A stretch of 64,000 nucleotides of DNA from contig CACCYT010000002.1 of NCBI GenBank assembly GCA_902550325.1, positions 53,929-117,928 on the forward strand. Direction: 5' to 3'. Shown piece by piece: positions 41,673 to 51,588 of the stretch. Each line of letters starts with the position of its first letter. Position 1 is the stretch's first letter. The position numbers were made by a program, and so were the translations under genes. The notes under the pieces are model-generated. The model was not told the DNA's origin and made no database searches. It saw only the letters and a program-made list of their open reading frames with translations. The DNA comes from an uncultured Bacteroidota bacterium. GTDB lineage: Bacteria; Bacteroidota; Bacteroidia; Flavobacteriales; Flavobacteriaceae.

Positions 41673-42468
41673 AAAATTATTTTACATCGTATTTGTTTTT
41701 CTATTAATTCCATCGTGTAATGAGTACCAAAAACTTCTGAGAAGTGAAGATATTAAAATCAAATACCAGAAGGCCGAGAATTATTTCGAAAATGAGGAAT
41801 TTAGAAGAGCAAGTGGTTTATTTGAACAAATATTACCCAAATACAGAGGCAAACCTCAAGCAGAGAGAATAACATTCTTTTATGCAAAATCTCTCTTGGA
41901 AATTAAGAATTATGTTCTTGCTGCTTATCAATTTGAAAGTTTTATCAAGGCTTATCCGATTAGTCAAAAAGTTGAAGAAGCTGCTTATCTTGAGGCATAT
42001 TGTTTTTATAAACAATCACCAAAATTCAGTCTGGATCAAGAACAAACTGTTGAAGCCATTGATAAGTTGCAAAATTTTATAAATTTTTATCCCTATTCAG
42101 AAAACTTGGATATTGCTAATGAACATGTTCAGGAGCTTAGACTAAAACTTGAAGAAAAAGCATTTGAAATAGCTAAGCAATACAATACTATTAGAGATCA
42201 TGGTTCTGCTATTACCGTACTAAACAGTTTTATAATTGATTATCCTGGTACTCCGTACCGAGAAGATGCTCTGTTTTATTTATTTGACTCATCTTACAAG
42301 ATTGCTGTTAACAGTATACCCTCAAAAAAACTTGAAAGATTAAATAATGCAAAAAAAGTTTACGAAGAATTAATTAATGAATACCCAGATTCTCAATTTT
42401 TTAATAAAACCGAATCCATGATTTCAGACATAGACAAAGAAATTGCTATATTTGCGCCCAATCAATAG
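41665..42468 (+). CDS. bamD: Outer membrane protein assembly factor BamD (YfiO, TPR lipoprotein)
   Basis: Lipobox LLIPSCNE, TPR-like helices, and conserved bamD-rpoZ-coaBC order. Confidence 0.8.
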   Translation: MIKKLFYIVFVFLLIPSCNEYQKLLRSEDIKIKYQKAENYFENEEFRRASGLFEQILPKYRGKPQAERITFFYAKSLLEIKNYVLAAYQFESFIKAYPISQKVEEAAYLEAYCFYKQSPKFSLDQEQTVEAIDKLQNFINFYPYSENLDIANEHVQELRLKLEEKAFEIAKQYNTIRDHGSAITVLNSFIIDYPGTPYREDALFYLFDSSYKIAVNSIPSKKLERLNNAKKVYEELINEYPDSQFFNKTESMISDIDKEIAIFAPNQ

Positions 42469-42474
42469 AAATTT

Positions 42475-42795
42475 ATGGATTTTAAAAAAATCAAAGCCCC
42501 CACATCGACAATAACTTATAACCGTGAGGTTATTGAAAACAAAACAGATAATATTTATAAAGCAATCTCAATAATTGCCAAAAGGACTGTTCAAATAAAT
42601 GAGGATATTAAAAAAGAACTGATTAGTAAATTGGAAGAATTTGCAACACCAAGTGAAAGCCTGGAAGAAATATTTGAAAACAAAGAACAGATTGAGGTTT
42701 CAAAATTCTACGAAAAGCTTCCCAAAGCTCACGCTATAGCAATTGATAATTGGTTAAACGAAAAAATTTATCATAGGAAACCCGAAAAAAGTTAA
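42475..42795 (+). CDS. rpoZ: DNA-directed RNA polymerase subunit omega (Bacteroidota long form)
   Basis: 106 aa. NIYKAISIIAKRTVQINEDIKKEL and LEEIFENKEQIEVSKFYEKLPKAHAIAIDNWLNEKIY closely resemble the flavobacterial RpoZ I remember. Confidence 0.75.
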   Translation: MDFKKIKAPTSTITYNREVIENKTDNIYKAISIIAKRTVQINEDIKKELISKLEEFATPSESLEEIFENKEQIEVSKFYEKLPKAHAIAIDNWLNEKIYHRKPEKS

Positions 42796-42800
42796 TTTTT

Positions 42801-44003
42801 ATGTCTGTCCTTAAAGGAAAAAATATTCTTTTGGGGGTAACAGGTAGTATTGCGGCATACAAGTCAATTATTCTACTAAGATTATTAAAGAAAGAAGGAG
42901 CTGATGTTCAAGTTATTTTTTCTGATAGTGCAAATAATTTTGTTACCCAACTAACTTTCTCAACACTCTCTGAGAAAAAAGTGCTTACTGATTTTTTTGA
43001 AGATGATGAGAGAGTCGATTGGGTAAATCATGTGGAACTTGCAGAGTGGGCTGACTACATGATTATTGCGCCAATTACATCATCAACATTATCAAAATTA
43101 GTTTCTGGTAATTCTGATAATTTATTGGTTGCTACATACATGTCAACCAAGTGTGATGTTTTTTTTGCTCCAGCAATGGATCTTGAGATGTATAATTCTG
43201 AGTCTACTAAAGAAAATATTAAAAATTTGGTTGACCGTGGTAATATATTTGTCAAACCTGCTAAAGGGTTTTTAGCAAGTGGTATTAATGGAGAAGGAAG
43301 ACTAGAAGAGCCTAAAAATATTTTAAATATTTTAATTAATCATATCTCTCAAAAACTTATATACTACAAAAAAAAGATCCTAATAACTGCTGGTCCTACT
43401 CACGAGATGATTGATCCTGTTAGATTTATTAGTAATTATTCGTCTGGGAAGATGGGGTACGAGCTAGCTAAAGAAGCAGCTAATTTAGGGGCCGATGTTA
43501 CATTAATTACAGGTCCTTCCCAAATAAATATTTTTAATACCAACATTAGGGTAGTTAAAATCACATCAGCAGACGAAATGTATAAAAAATGCATTACAGA
43601 GTTAATAAAATCTGATTATGTAATAATGGCAGCTGCAGTTGCTGATTATAAACCAATGATAATATCAAAAACAAAAATTAAAAAGAATAGAAAAAAAACA
43701 TTTAACTTAGAATTAGTTAAAAATATTGATATCATTTCTGAGTTATGCAAGTTGAAAAAAAGCAATCAAAAAATGATTGGTTTTGCACTAGAAACTGAAA
43801 ATGAAATTGTAAACGCTAAAATTAAACTTAAGAAAAAAAAGCTTGATGCAATAGTTCTTAATTCAATGTCTAATGAAAATACTTGTTTCAATTCAGAAAA
43901 AAATAAAATTCATTTTATAACTAAAAGTAAAACCAAAAAGTTCAAATTAAAATATAAAAATGAAGTTGCTAAGGATATTTTGCATGAAATTTATAAACTA
44001 TAG
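42801..44003 (+). CDS. coaBC: Bifunctional phosphopantothenoylcysteine decarboxylase / phosphopantothenate-cysteine ligase
   Basis: Flavoprotein domain (ILLGVTGSIAAYK, APAMDLEMY) followed by the DFP ligase domain (ITAGPTHEMIDPVRFISNYSSGKMG, AAAVADY). 400 aa. Confidence 0.9.
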   Translation: MSVLKGKNILLGVTGSIAAYKSIILLRLLKKEGADVQVIFSDSANNFVTQLTFSTLSEKKVLTDFFEDDERVDWVNHVELAEWADYMIIAPITSSTLSKLVSGNSDNLLVATYMSTKCDVFFAPAMDLEMYNSESTKENIKNLVDRGNIFVKPAKGFLASGINGEGRLEEPKNILNILINHISQKLIYYKKKILITAGPTHEMIDPVRFISNYSSGKMGYELAKEAANLGADVTLITGPSQINIFNTNIRVVKITSADEMYKKCITELIKSDYVIMAAAVADYKPMIISKTKIKKNRKKTFNLELVKNIDIISELCKLKKSNQKMIGFALETENEIVNAKIKLKKKKLDAIVLNSMSNENTCFNSEKNKIHFITKSKTKKFKLKYKNEVAKDILHEIYKL

Positions 44004-44880
44004 CCTCTTATTCTTTTTCTTATTTAAATCTTATAGCCAACAGCTAAATTGTGAAGTTATTGTTAATAGTAGTTTTATAAATCAAACAGAAAAACAAATT
44101 TTTAAAAACCTTGAAAGGAATATTGAAAGTTATTTAAATACAAATGACTGGGATGATCAATCTCTTCAAAACTTTCAAAAAATTGATTGTACACTAATTA
44201 TAACTGTGTTAAACTACTCTGACAACATATTCAACTGCAACTTTGAAATTAAATCCTTTAGACCAGTATATAATTCTGACTATTCTACTAATATTCTTCT
44301 TTTTAAGGACAATGGAGTTAGTTTTAACTATGAATCAAATCAATATATTTTAAGATCAGAAAACAGATTTGAATCTGATTTGGCATCAATACTAGAATTT
44401 TATGCTAACATTATTATAGGTCTTGATAAAGATAGTTTTGCTCTTGATTCAGGTAAATTAAATTTTTTGAACTCTAAAAAAATTCTAGATTTTGCATCTA
44501 GTAATTCCCAATCAAATATGTGGAGTCAAAATTATAATAATGGAAGAATTAATAAATATTGGTTGGTTGAAAATTTGATTTCACCAAATTACTCGACTAT
44601 AAAAGAAATTTTCTATGAATATCATAGAAAAGGATTGGATATTATAATTGAAGATAAGGAAAGGGCTTTAGAAACTATTTCTGAAACTATTGCAAAATTT
44701 AATTTGATAAATAGGTTAAGACCTAACTCAATTATGCAACAAATGTTTTTCCAGTCAAAAAATGATGAGATTTTTAATTTATATAAAAACAATAGTAATA
44801 AAGCTTATATAAATAATCTTAAGAATAATTTAAATAGGGTATCACCTTTTTTCTCTGAGAAGTGGAATAGTCTTAAATAA
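43984..44880 (+). CDS. DUF4835 family protein (PorD-like, tentatively T9SS-associated)
   Basis: Signal peptide MKFINYSLLFFFLFKSYSQQ, then LNCEVIVNS...; this is the conserved coaBC-DUF4835-recN synteny in Flavobacteriia. The PorD naming is from memory and is tentative. The start was trimmed to ATG 43984. Confidence 0.55.
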   Translation: MKFINYSLLFFFLFKSYSQQLNCEVIVNSSFINQTEKQIFKNLERNIESYLNTNDWDDQSLQNFQKIDCTLIITVLNYSDNIFNCNFEIKSFRPVYNSDYSTNILLFKDNGVSFNYESNQYILRSENRFESDLASILEFYANIIIGLDKDSFALDSGKLNFLNSKKILDFASSNSQSNMWSQNYNNGRINKYWLVENLISPNYSTIKEIFYEYHRKGLDIIIEDKERALETISETIAKFNLINRLRPNSIMQQMFFQSKNDEIFNLYKNNSNKAYINNLKNNLNRVSPFFSEKWNSLK

Positions 44881-44891
44881 AATCATACAAG

Positions 44892-46541
44892 TTGTTAAAG
44901 ACGATTGAAATAAAAAATTATTTATTAATTGAAAGTATTAAAGTTGACTTTGATAATAATTTCAATATTATTACAGGGGAAACAGGATCTGGAAAGTCAA
45001 TTCTTATTGGTGCATTAAATTTATTGGCAGGATCTAGAGTTGATCACAAAGTCGTAGGTACTAATAATAAAAAATGTATTATAGAAGCAATCTTTTTGAT
45101 TGATGAAAATTTAAAGGATAAATTTTTAGGTTTGGATATTGATTTTGATAAAGAGTCATTTTTTAGGAGAGAAATTTTATCAAATGGAAAATCCAGAGCT
45201 TTTATTAACGACACACCTGTCAAATTAGAAACTTTAAAACATGTAACCCATGACTTAATAAATATACAGTCACAAAATCAAGATTTGGTTTTAAATGAAA
45301 AGAGCTTTTACTACAAGCTAATCGATAGTGATTTAGAAATTAATTTATTAAGAGAAAAGTTTTTAATTAAATACAATCAATATTTATCAAAACAAAAAAT
45401 TTATGAGAACTTAAATAATCAATTTATTAATATTAAATCCAACTTGGATTATAATAAGTTTTTGTATAACGAAATTGATGAACTCAATTTGCAAAACAAT
45501 GAAGAGGAAAGTCTTGAGCAAGAATTTTTAAATTTAAAAAATTACGATAAGTTAAAAAATGAGTTAAATAATTACCATCACATAGTTTCTAGTGAACACG
45601 ATAGTCTTATTTCGTTAATGAACAATTTATCATCAATCTTAAATAAAACATCCTCTATTTCAAATGATTTTAAGACATTGAAAAACCGGTATGATCAACT
45701 TAAAATTGAATTTGATGATATAATTAATTCAATTAATAGAAAGTCTGAAAATTTAGTTTATGATCCTAGAAGATTTGAATATGTTCAAAATAGAATCTTT
45801 AAAATAAAAGATTTATATCTGAAACATAATGCTAAAACCGCAAATGATCTAATTCAAGTGAAGCAAAATCTATCTAAGCAATTTTCCAGTTCAAAAGATT
45901 TACAAAGCGAAGTCGAATCTTTAAAAAATGAAATTCGTGAATTAGAAAATAAATGTCAAATTCAAGCAAATACAATTTTTCTCAAGAGAAAACAAAGGAT
46001 CAATAATTTGAGGAAAGATATTGAATCAATTTTTAATAGACTATCCATGAAAGAATCTAGAATAAAATTTGATTTAGACAAGTCTGATAAACTTAACAAA
46101 TATGGTATTGATAACCTTAATGTTTTATATTCTTCAGATAAGGGGAACAATTTCAATAAATTAATTAAAATTGCCTCTGGCGGGGAAAAATCACGAATTT
46201 TATTAGCAATCAATGTATTATTTTCTGAAAAAATGAGTTTACCAACATTAATTTTTGATGAGATTGATTCTGGAACATCAGGAAAAGTAGCTAACGTAAT
46301 TGCTGATTTGTTGAAAAGAATAGGAAATAAATCACAAGTTATTGCAATCTCACATCTTCCTCAAGTGGCTGCAAAAGCTTCAAACCATTATAAAGTTTCT
46401 AAGATCTTAGATCAAAACAAACCAAAAACATTAATGAAAAAACTAAATCATGATGAAAGAATTAAAGAAATTGCAGCTATGATTTCAGCAGATAATATAA
46501 CAAACCCTGCACTAAACCAGGCACTAGAGTTGCTCAAATAG
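44892..46541 (+). CDS. recN: DNA repair protein RecN
   Basis: SMC-like: Walker A GETGSGKS, a long coiled coil, signature ASGGEKSR, Walker B LIFDEIDSG. 549 aa, TTG start. Confidence 0.9.
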   Translation: MLKTIEIKNYLLIESIKVDFDNNFNIITGETGSGKSILIGALNLLAGSRVDHKVVGTNNKKCIIEAIFLIDENLKDKFLGLDIDFDKESFFRREILSNGKSRAFINDTPVKLETLKHVTHDLINIQSQNQDLVLNEKSFYYKLIDSDLEINLLREKFLIKYNQYLSKQKIYENLNNQFINIKSNLDYNKFLYNEIDELNLQNNEEESLEQEFLNLKNYDKLKNELNNYHHIVSSEHDSLISLMNNLSSILNKTSSISNDFKTLKNRYDQLKIEFDDIINSINRKSENLVYDPRRFEYVQNRIFKIKDLYLKHNAKTANDLIQVKQNLSKQFSSSKDLQSEVESLKNEIRELENKCQIQANTIFLKRKQRINNLRKDIESIFNRLSMKESRIKFDLDKSDKLNKYGIDNLNVLYSSDKGNNFNKLIKIASGGEKSRILLAINVLFSEKMSLPTLIFDEIDSGTSGKVANVIADLLKRIGNKSQVIAISHLPQVAAKASNHYKVSKILDQNKPKTLMKKLNHDERIKEIAAMISADNITNPALNQALELLK

Positions 46542-46560
46542 TATTATATTTAAAATAAAA

Positions 46561-47376
46561 ATGCCATACGAATTATTAAAAAATAAAAAAGGGATTATTT
46601 TTGGTGCTCTTGATGAAAGCTCAATAGCTTGGAAAACAGCTGAGAAAGTTTTTGAGCAGGGTGGTAGGTTTGTTCTAACAAACTCACCTGTTGCTGTAAG
46701 AATGGGGTCTATTGATTTACTTGCAAAAAAAACAAACTCAATTGTAATTCCTGCTGATGCTACATCCAACGCCGATTTAGAAAACTTAATAGAAGAGTCT
46801 ATTAAACATTTTAATGATAAAATTGATTTTGTTTTACACTCAATAGGAATGTCAATAAATGTGAGGAAAGGAAAACACTATACCAATCTTAATCATGACT
46901 GGTTAACAAAAGGATGGAATATTTCTGCAGCCTCTTTTCATAGATTAATGCAGTGTCTTTATAACAAAGATGCAATGAATGAGTGGGGAAGTATTGTAGC
47001 ATTATCATACATGGCAGCCCAAAGAGTTTTTCCCGACTACAACGATATGGCAGATAACAAAGCTTATCTAGAATCTGTGGCTAGAAGTTTTGGGTATTTT
47101 TTTGGAAAAGAGAAAAAAGTAAGGGTAAATACAATTAGTCAATCACCTACACCAACAACTGCTGGAAAAGGTGTTAAAGGATTTGATGGTTTTATGGAAT
47201 ATGCAGAAAAAATGTCTCCACTTGGTAATGCAACAGCAGATGAGTGCGCCAATTATACTGTTTCTTTATTTTCTGATCTTACAAAAAAAGTTACTTTACA
47301 AAATTTATTTCATGACGGTGGATTTAGTAATGTTGGTGTAAGTCAAGAAATTATTGATTCTATTCCAAAAGAATAA
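46561..47376 (+). CDS. fabI: Enoyl-[acyl-carrier-protein] reductase (NADH), FabI
   Basis: LLKNKKGIIFGALDESSIAWKTAEKV, HSIGMS, SYMAAQRVFPDYNDMADNKAYLES (Y...K catalytic pair), NTISQSP. 271 aa. Confidence 0.85.
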   Translation: MPYELLKNKKGIIFGALDESSIAWKTAEKVFEQGGRFVLTNSPVAVRMGSIDLLAKKTNSIVIPADATSNADLENLIEESIKHFNDKIDFVLHSIGMSINVRKGKHYTNLNHDWLTKGWNISAASFHRLMQCLYNKDAMNEWGSIVALSYMAAQRVFPDYNDMADNKAYLESVARSFGYFFGKEKKVRVNTISQSPTPTTAGKGVKGFDGFMEYAEKMSPLGNATADECANYTVSLFSDLTKKVTLQNLFHDGGFSNVGVSQEIIDSIPKE

Positions 47377-47381
47377 TCCTG

Positions 47382-47975
47382 ATGTTAAAAGTTGGATTAA
47401 CAGGTGGAATTGGTTCAGGTAAAACCACAGTTTCTAAATTCTTTGCCGACAAAAATTTTAAAATATTTAATTCTGATGATATTGCAAAAAATATTATCAA
47501 AACTGATATTGAGATAAAGAAATCTATTATAAATTTTTTTGGATCAAAATCATTTAATGGTAGTGATTTCAACTCAATATATATTTCTGAAGTTATTTTT
47601 AGTGATCCTAAAAAGTTAGATATTTTAAATAGTATAGTTCATCCTAAAGTTTTTGAGAAATTTAAAAAATTTGTAAAAAAAAATTTAAAATCAAAAATAT
47701 TAGTAGAGTCAGCAATACTATTTGAAAGTAACTTTTACAAGTTAATGGATTATAATATACTTTTAAAATCACCTAAGATTGAGAGAATTAATAGAATTAT
47801 CAATAGAGATAATTTAAGTAGAAAAAAGATCGAAAAAATCATGAATGTTCAGTGGAGTGATAAAAAAAAAATAAATTTAGCAACTTTTGTCATTGAAAAC
47901 ATTAACATTTCAAAAACAAAAACAGAAATATTAAGTTTAATAAATAAAATTGAATCGCTAAGTGAAAAAAAATAG
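47382..47975 (+). CDS. coaE: Dephospho-CoA kinase
   Basis: MLKVGLTGGIGSGKTTV P-loop, VHPKV, about 197 aa. Confidence 0.85.
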   Translation: MLKVGLTGGIGSGKTTVSKFFADKNFKIFNSDDIAKNIIKTDIEIKKSIINFFGSKSFNGSDFNSIYISEVIFSDPKKLDILNSIVHPKVFEKFKKFVKKNLKSKILVESAILFESNFYKLMDYNILLKSPKIERINRIINRDNLSRKKIEKIMNVQWSDKKKINLATFVIENINISKTKTEILSLINKIESLSEKK

Positions 47976-49548
47976 AATTATTATTTTAATTGCATTCATG
48001 TCAATGTCGTTGATTGGTATTATATTTTTACAAGCTTATTGGATTAAAAATTCACTTGAAATTTATGATAAACAATTCTCTCAGAGTGCCAATAGCGCAT
48101 TAATTACTGTTGCAAATGCTATTTCAGATAGAGAAATGAGAGATTACTTGTCGGTTTATCAAAAACTAAAAGATAGTATTGGTGAACCTGTCGAGTCCCA
48201 GCTTATTGATGTCTTCCAGTATGTAGACAAGAATAGAGATGACGAAAACATTTATTTGTATTATTCTGCTATATTGGAGGAGGATTATAAAATTAATTCA
48301 AACTTATTTGACTCAAGAATATCAGATAGTATTTCAATAAAAGACTACACAAGCTTAAAATCAACAATAATTTTTGATGATGCATTTGAAAAAGAAATGA
48401 ATAATATGAGTTCAATGGAAAAGTTGCAGATGATGGAAGAAATTTCACTCATTGATGAAGCAAAATATAAGTCGATTTTTATTGATATAGCTAATTTAAA
48501 ACCCATAGCTAATCGAGTGTCAAATATCGAAGTCCAACTACTTTTACAAAAAGAGTTTAAAGAAAGAGGGTTGCCAAATGATTATGATTTCAAGATTCTA
48601 AATAAGAAAATAGAAACTAAATTAGGAACAAGTAGATATGAAAATTTTGATGAACTTTCACATCACAGTGTCCCTTTATTTACAAACCAAATTGGTGAAA
48701 CGGATTATGTATTAGTTGTTGGATTTCCCATGAATATTACTTTTATTAATTCAAATATTATTTACCTCATCCTACTTTTACTGTTTTTTACATTTATCAT
48801 AATTTTTTCATTTTATTCAACGATCATTATTTCGATAAAACAAAAAAATATTTCTGAAATGAAATCAGACTTCATCAACAATATGACTCACGAATTTAAA
48901 ACTCCTATAGCTACTATAAACTTAGCAATCGATGCTATAAAGAAAAAGTTGATGGGAAAAGTAGATACAAAGTCCATGGGTTATTTAAATATCATAAAAG
49001 ATGAAAATAATAGAATGAATAATCAGGTTGAAAATGTTTTGATGATTTCACAATTAGAGAAAGAAAAAATAGAGCTTGAGATGAAGATGATGGATTTAAA
49101 TAAATTAGTTCAGTTGGCCATTGATAGGGTAGAGCTACTTTCAGGAAGTGTGGGGGCAAGGATTACTAAGAAGTTTGATAAAAAAGAAAATATTATGATG
49201 TTAGCCGAAGAAGAAATGATAAATGTTTTTGTAAATATTCTTGAAAATTCTCTTAAATATTCAAAATCAAATCCCGTAATTCAAATAATGGTAAAGAATG
49301 AAAAATCAAATACTATAGTCTTTTTTAAAGACAATGGAATTGGAATGACAAAAAAAATTAAAACTAAAATTTTTGAAAAATTTTACAGAGAATCCAAGGG
49401 AAATATTCACAATATCAAAGGTCATGGTTTAGGTCTTGCTTTTGTCAAAAAAATTATTGAGCTGCATGCGGGCTTCATTTCTGTTCAAAGCCAAATTGGT
49501 AAGGGCTCAACGTTTAAAATAACTCTTAATAATGTCAATAAAACGTAA
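47962..49548 (+). CDS. Sensor histidine kinase (two TM segments, HisKA + HATPase_c)
   Basis: H-box FINNMTHEFKTPIATI, N-box NILENSLKYS, G-boxes DNGIGM and GHGLGLAFVKKII. GTG start. Confidence 0.85.
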   Translation: MKKNRIIILIAFMSMSLIGIIFLQAYWIKNSLEIYDKQFSQSANSALITVANAISDREMRDYLSVYQKLKDSIGEPVESQLIDVFQYVDKNRDDENIYLYYSAILEEDYKINSNLFDSRISDSISIKDYTSLKSTIIFDDAFEKEMNNMSSMEKLQMMEEISLIDEAKYKSIFIDIANLKPIANRVSNIEVQLLLQKEFKERGLPNDYDFKILNKKIETKLGTSRYENFDELSHHSVPLFTNQIGETDYVLVVGFPMNITFINSNIIYLILLLLFFTFIIIFSFYSTIIISIKQKNISEMKSDFINNMTHEFKTPIATINLAIDAIKKKLMGKVDTKSMGYLNIIKDENNRMNNQVENVLMISQLEKEKIELEMKMMDLNKLVQLAIDRVELLSGSVGARITKKFDKKENIMMLAEEEMINVFVNILENSLKYSKSNPVIQIMVKNEKSNTIVFFKDNGIGMTKKIKTKIFEKFYRESKGNIHNIKGHGLGLAFVKKIIELHAGFISVQSQIGKGSTFKITLNNVNKT

Positions 49549-50230
49549 AAAAATATTAATTGTTGAGGATGATCCAAATTTTGGATCAATATTAGTTGAT
49601 TTTCTCAGATTACATTCTTTTAAAGTTACACTTTCAAGGAATGGTGTTGACGGCTTAAAAAAATTTAAATCTCAAAATTTTGATATGTGTATTTTGGATA
49701 TTATGATGCCTTTCAAGGATGGATTTACTCTTGCAAAAGAAATTAGAAACCTAAATTATAATGTTCCTATCATTTTTTTGACTGCAAAATCTTTAAAGGA
49801 TGACGTTGTAAAAGGTTTTAAAATTGGTGCAGATGATTATATTATAAAACCATTTGATTCTGATATACTTTTATTAAAAATTAAATCACATTTTAAAAGG
49901 AATTTCAGATCAACTCTGATCGAAAACAAAAAAACTGATTATAAGTTTTCTAAGTTTACCTTCGATTCAAAACTTAGACAATTAATTTTTAATAATGGGA
50001 AGCCTGTTACATTATCACCAAAAGAGTCGGATTTACTGCAATTACTAATAGAAAATATAAACGATTTAACGTCGAGAGAAGAAGCATTAATTAAGATTTG
50101 GAAGGATGATAATTATTTTACTTCAAGGTCGATGGATGTTTATATAACTAAGATTAGAAAATATCTATCCAAGGATCCATCAATAAAAATTGATAACATT
50201 CATGGTAAAGGATTTATATTATCAATTTGA
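49532..50230 (+). CDS. Response regulator transcription factor (OmpR/PhoB family)
   Basis: Receiver domain (ILIVEDD, phospho-acceptor in CILDIMMP, TAKS, KPF) plus a winged-helix output (LSPKESDLLQLL...YITKIRKYL...GKGF). It overlaps the kinase gene by 17 nt. Confidence 0.85.
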   Translation: MSIKRKKILIVEDDPNFGSILVDFLRLHSFKVTLSRNGVDGLKKFKSQNFDMCILDIMMPFKDGFTLAKEIRNLNYNVPIIFLTAKSLKDDVVKGFKIGADDYIIKPFDSDILLLKIKSHFKRNFRSTLIENKKTDYKFSKFTFDSKLRQLIFNNGKPVTLSPKESDLLQLLIENINDLTSREEALIKIWKDDNYFTSRSMDVYITKIRKYLSKDPSIKIDNIHGKGFILSI

Positions 50231-50232
50231 AT

Positions 50233-51123
50233 TTATTTTCTAGGATGGTACTTAATCACGGTTTCAACTAAGTGTTTTTTATTTACGTTCAAATATTTTT
50301 CAGTTGTAACAATATTTTCGTGTCCCATCATTTTTTGAATACTTATGATGTCGGCTCCATTTTCAATAAGATGTGTTGCAAAAGAATGTCTCAATGTATG
50401 TGGGCTAATTTTAGAGTTAATTTCTGCTGCTAAAGCAGCATCATTTATAATATTGTATAGCATTATCCTACTCAATTTTCCTCCTCTATTATTTAAAAAA
50501 ACAATGTCAACGGATTGTTTATCAAACTTAGATTCCTTTCTCTCATATTCAATATAATTGTACAGTAATTTTTTTGCGATACCACTCAAAGGAACAAACC
50601 TTTCTTTTTTGCCTTTACCCATAACCTTAATTAAAGATTCATCAAAAAATATGTTCGATATTTTCATTTCTATCACCTCACTTACTCGAAGACCACAACT
50701 GTACATTACTTCAATCATTGTTTGATTTCTTGTACCAAATTTTGTAAGCGAAGCTTGCAGTATTATTTTGTCTATTTCATTAGTTGAAAGGACAAAAGGA
50801 ACTTTAGAATCAATTTTTGGATAATCAATGTCTTCAATTGGATTGTTTTCTGCTATTTTTTCTAAAACTAAAAAATTATAAAATGATCTTAGTGTTGATA
50901 TAATTCTTCCTTGTGTTTTCCCAGTAACTTTTTTTGATTGTTCATATAAAAATTCACGAACTATTTCAGGGTTTATATATTTCAATTCTTCAACATTAGT
51001 TTTTAATAAAAAAACTTCAAATTTTTTTAAATCTGATCTATAACTTTGGATTGTATTTTTAGATAAATTTCTTTCTAATTTTAAAAAATTTTCAAAATCT
51101 TTAAAATAAGTTGTTAGATTCAA
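50233..51123 (-). CDS. xerD: Site-specific tyrosine recombinase XerD (chromosome dimer resolution)
   Basis: The core-binding N-domain is followed by catalytic R (GLRVSE), HTLRHSFATHL, GH and the terminal Y (TTEKY). xerD-aroQ divergent synteny is conserved in Flavobacteriia. Confidence 0.8.
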   Translation of the reverse strand: MNLTTYFKDFENFLKLERNLSKNTIQSYRSDLKKFEVFLLKTNVEELKYINPEIVREFLYEQSKKVTGKTQGRIISTLRSFYNFLVLEKIAENNPIEDIDYPKIDSKVPFVLSTNEIDKIILQASLTKFGTRNQTMIEVMYSCGLRVSEVIEMKISNIFFDESLIKVMGKGKKERFVPLSGIAKKLLYNYIEYERKESKFDKQSVDIVFLNNRGGKLSRIMLYNIINDAALAAEINSKISPHTLRHSFATHLIENGADIISIQKMMGHENIVTTEKYLNVNKKHLVETVIKYHPRK

Positions 51124-51156
51124 GTCTTTTAATTTTAAATTTATAAATTGAAAAAT

Positions 51157-51588
51157 ATGAAGTTACAAATTATAAATGGTCCCAACTTAAACCTAATTGG
51201 CCAAAGAGAAAAAAGTATATATGGGGTTATGAGTTTTGATGATTATTTGGATCATATATTAAATAAATACCCTGAATTGTATATTGATTATTTTCAATCC
51301 AATATTGAGGGCGAAATTATAGACAAAATACAGGAAGTTGGATACTCTTTTGATGGAATTATTCTTAATGCTGCAGCCTACACACATACATCTGTTGGTA
51401 TAGCTGATGCTGTAAGAGCGATTGAAACACCTGTAGTTGAAGTTCACATATCTAATACTAAATCGAGGGAGGATTATAGACACAAATCATATATAAGCCC
51501 GCATGTTAAAGGGGTTATCCAGGGTTTTGGCTTGTTGAGTTATGAGTTAGCTATTATTAGTTTTATAGACAGAATTAAAGATGAATAA
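51157..51588 (+). CDS. aroQ: Type II 3-dehydroquinate dehydratase
   Basis: IINGPNLNLIGQRE...YG, QSNIEGE, NAAAYTHTS, EVHISN. The start was trimmed to MKLQI (ATG 51157). Confidence 0.9.
   Translation: MKLQIINGPNLNLIGQREKSIYGVMSFDDYLDHILNKYPELYIDYFQSNIEGEIIDKIQEVGYSFDGIILNAAAYTHTSVGIADAVRAIETPVVEVHISNTKSREDYRHKSYISPHVKGVIQGFGLLSYELAIISFIDRIKDE

Noticed and set aside
50233-51123. The tyrosine recombinase could be a marker of a mobile element or integrase.
   Set aside because: Its sequence and size fit the chromosomal XerD type. It sits divergently from aroQ in synteny conserved in Flavobacteriia. It is flanked by core genes, with no repeats, tRNA target or cargo.
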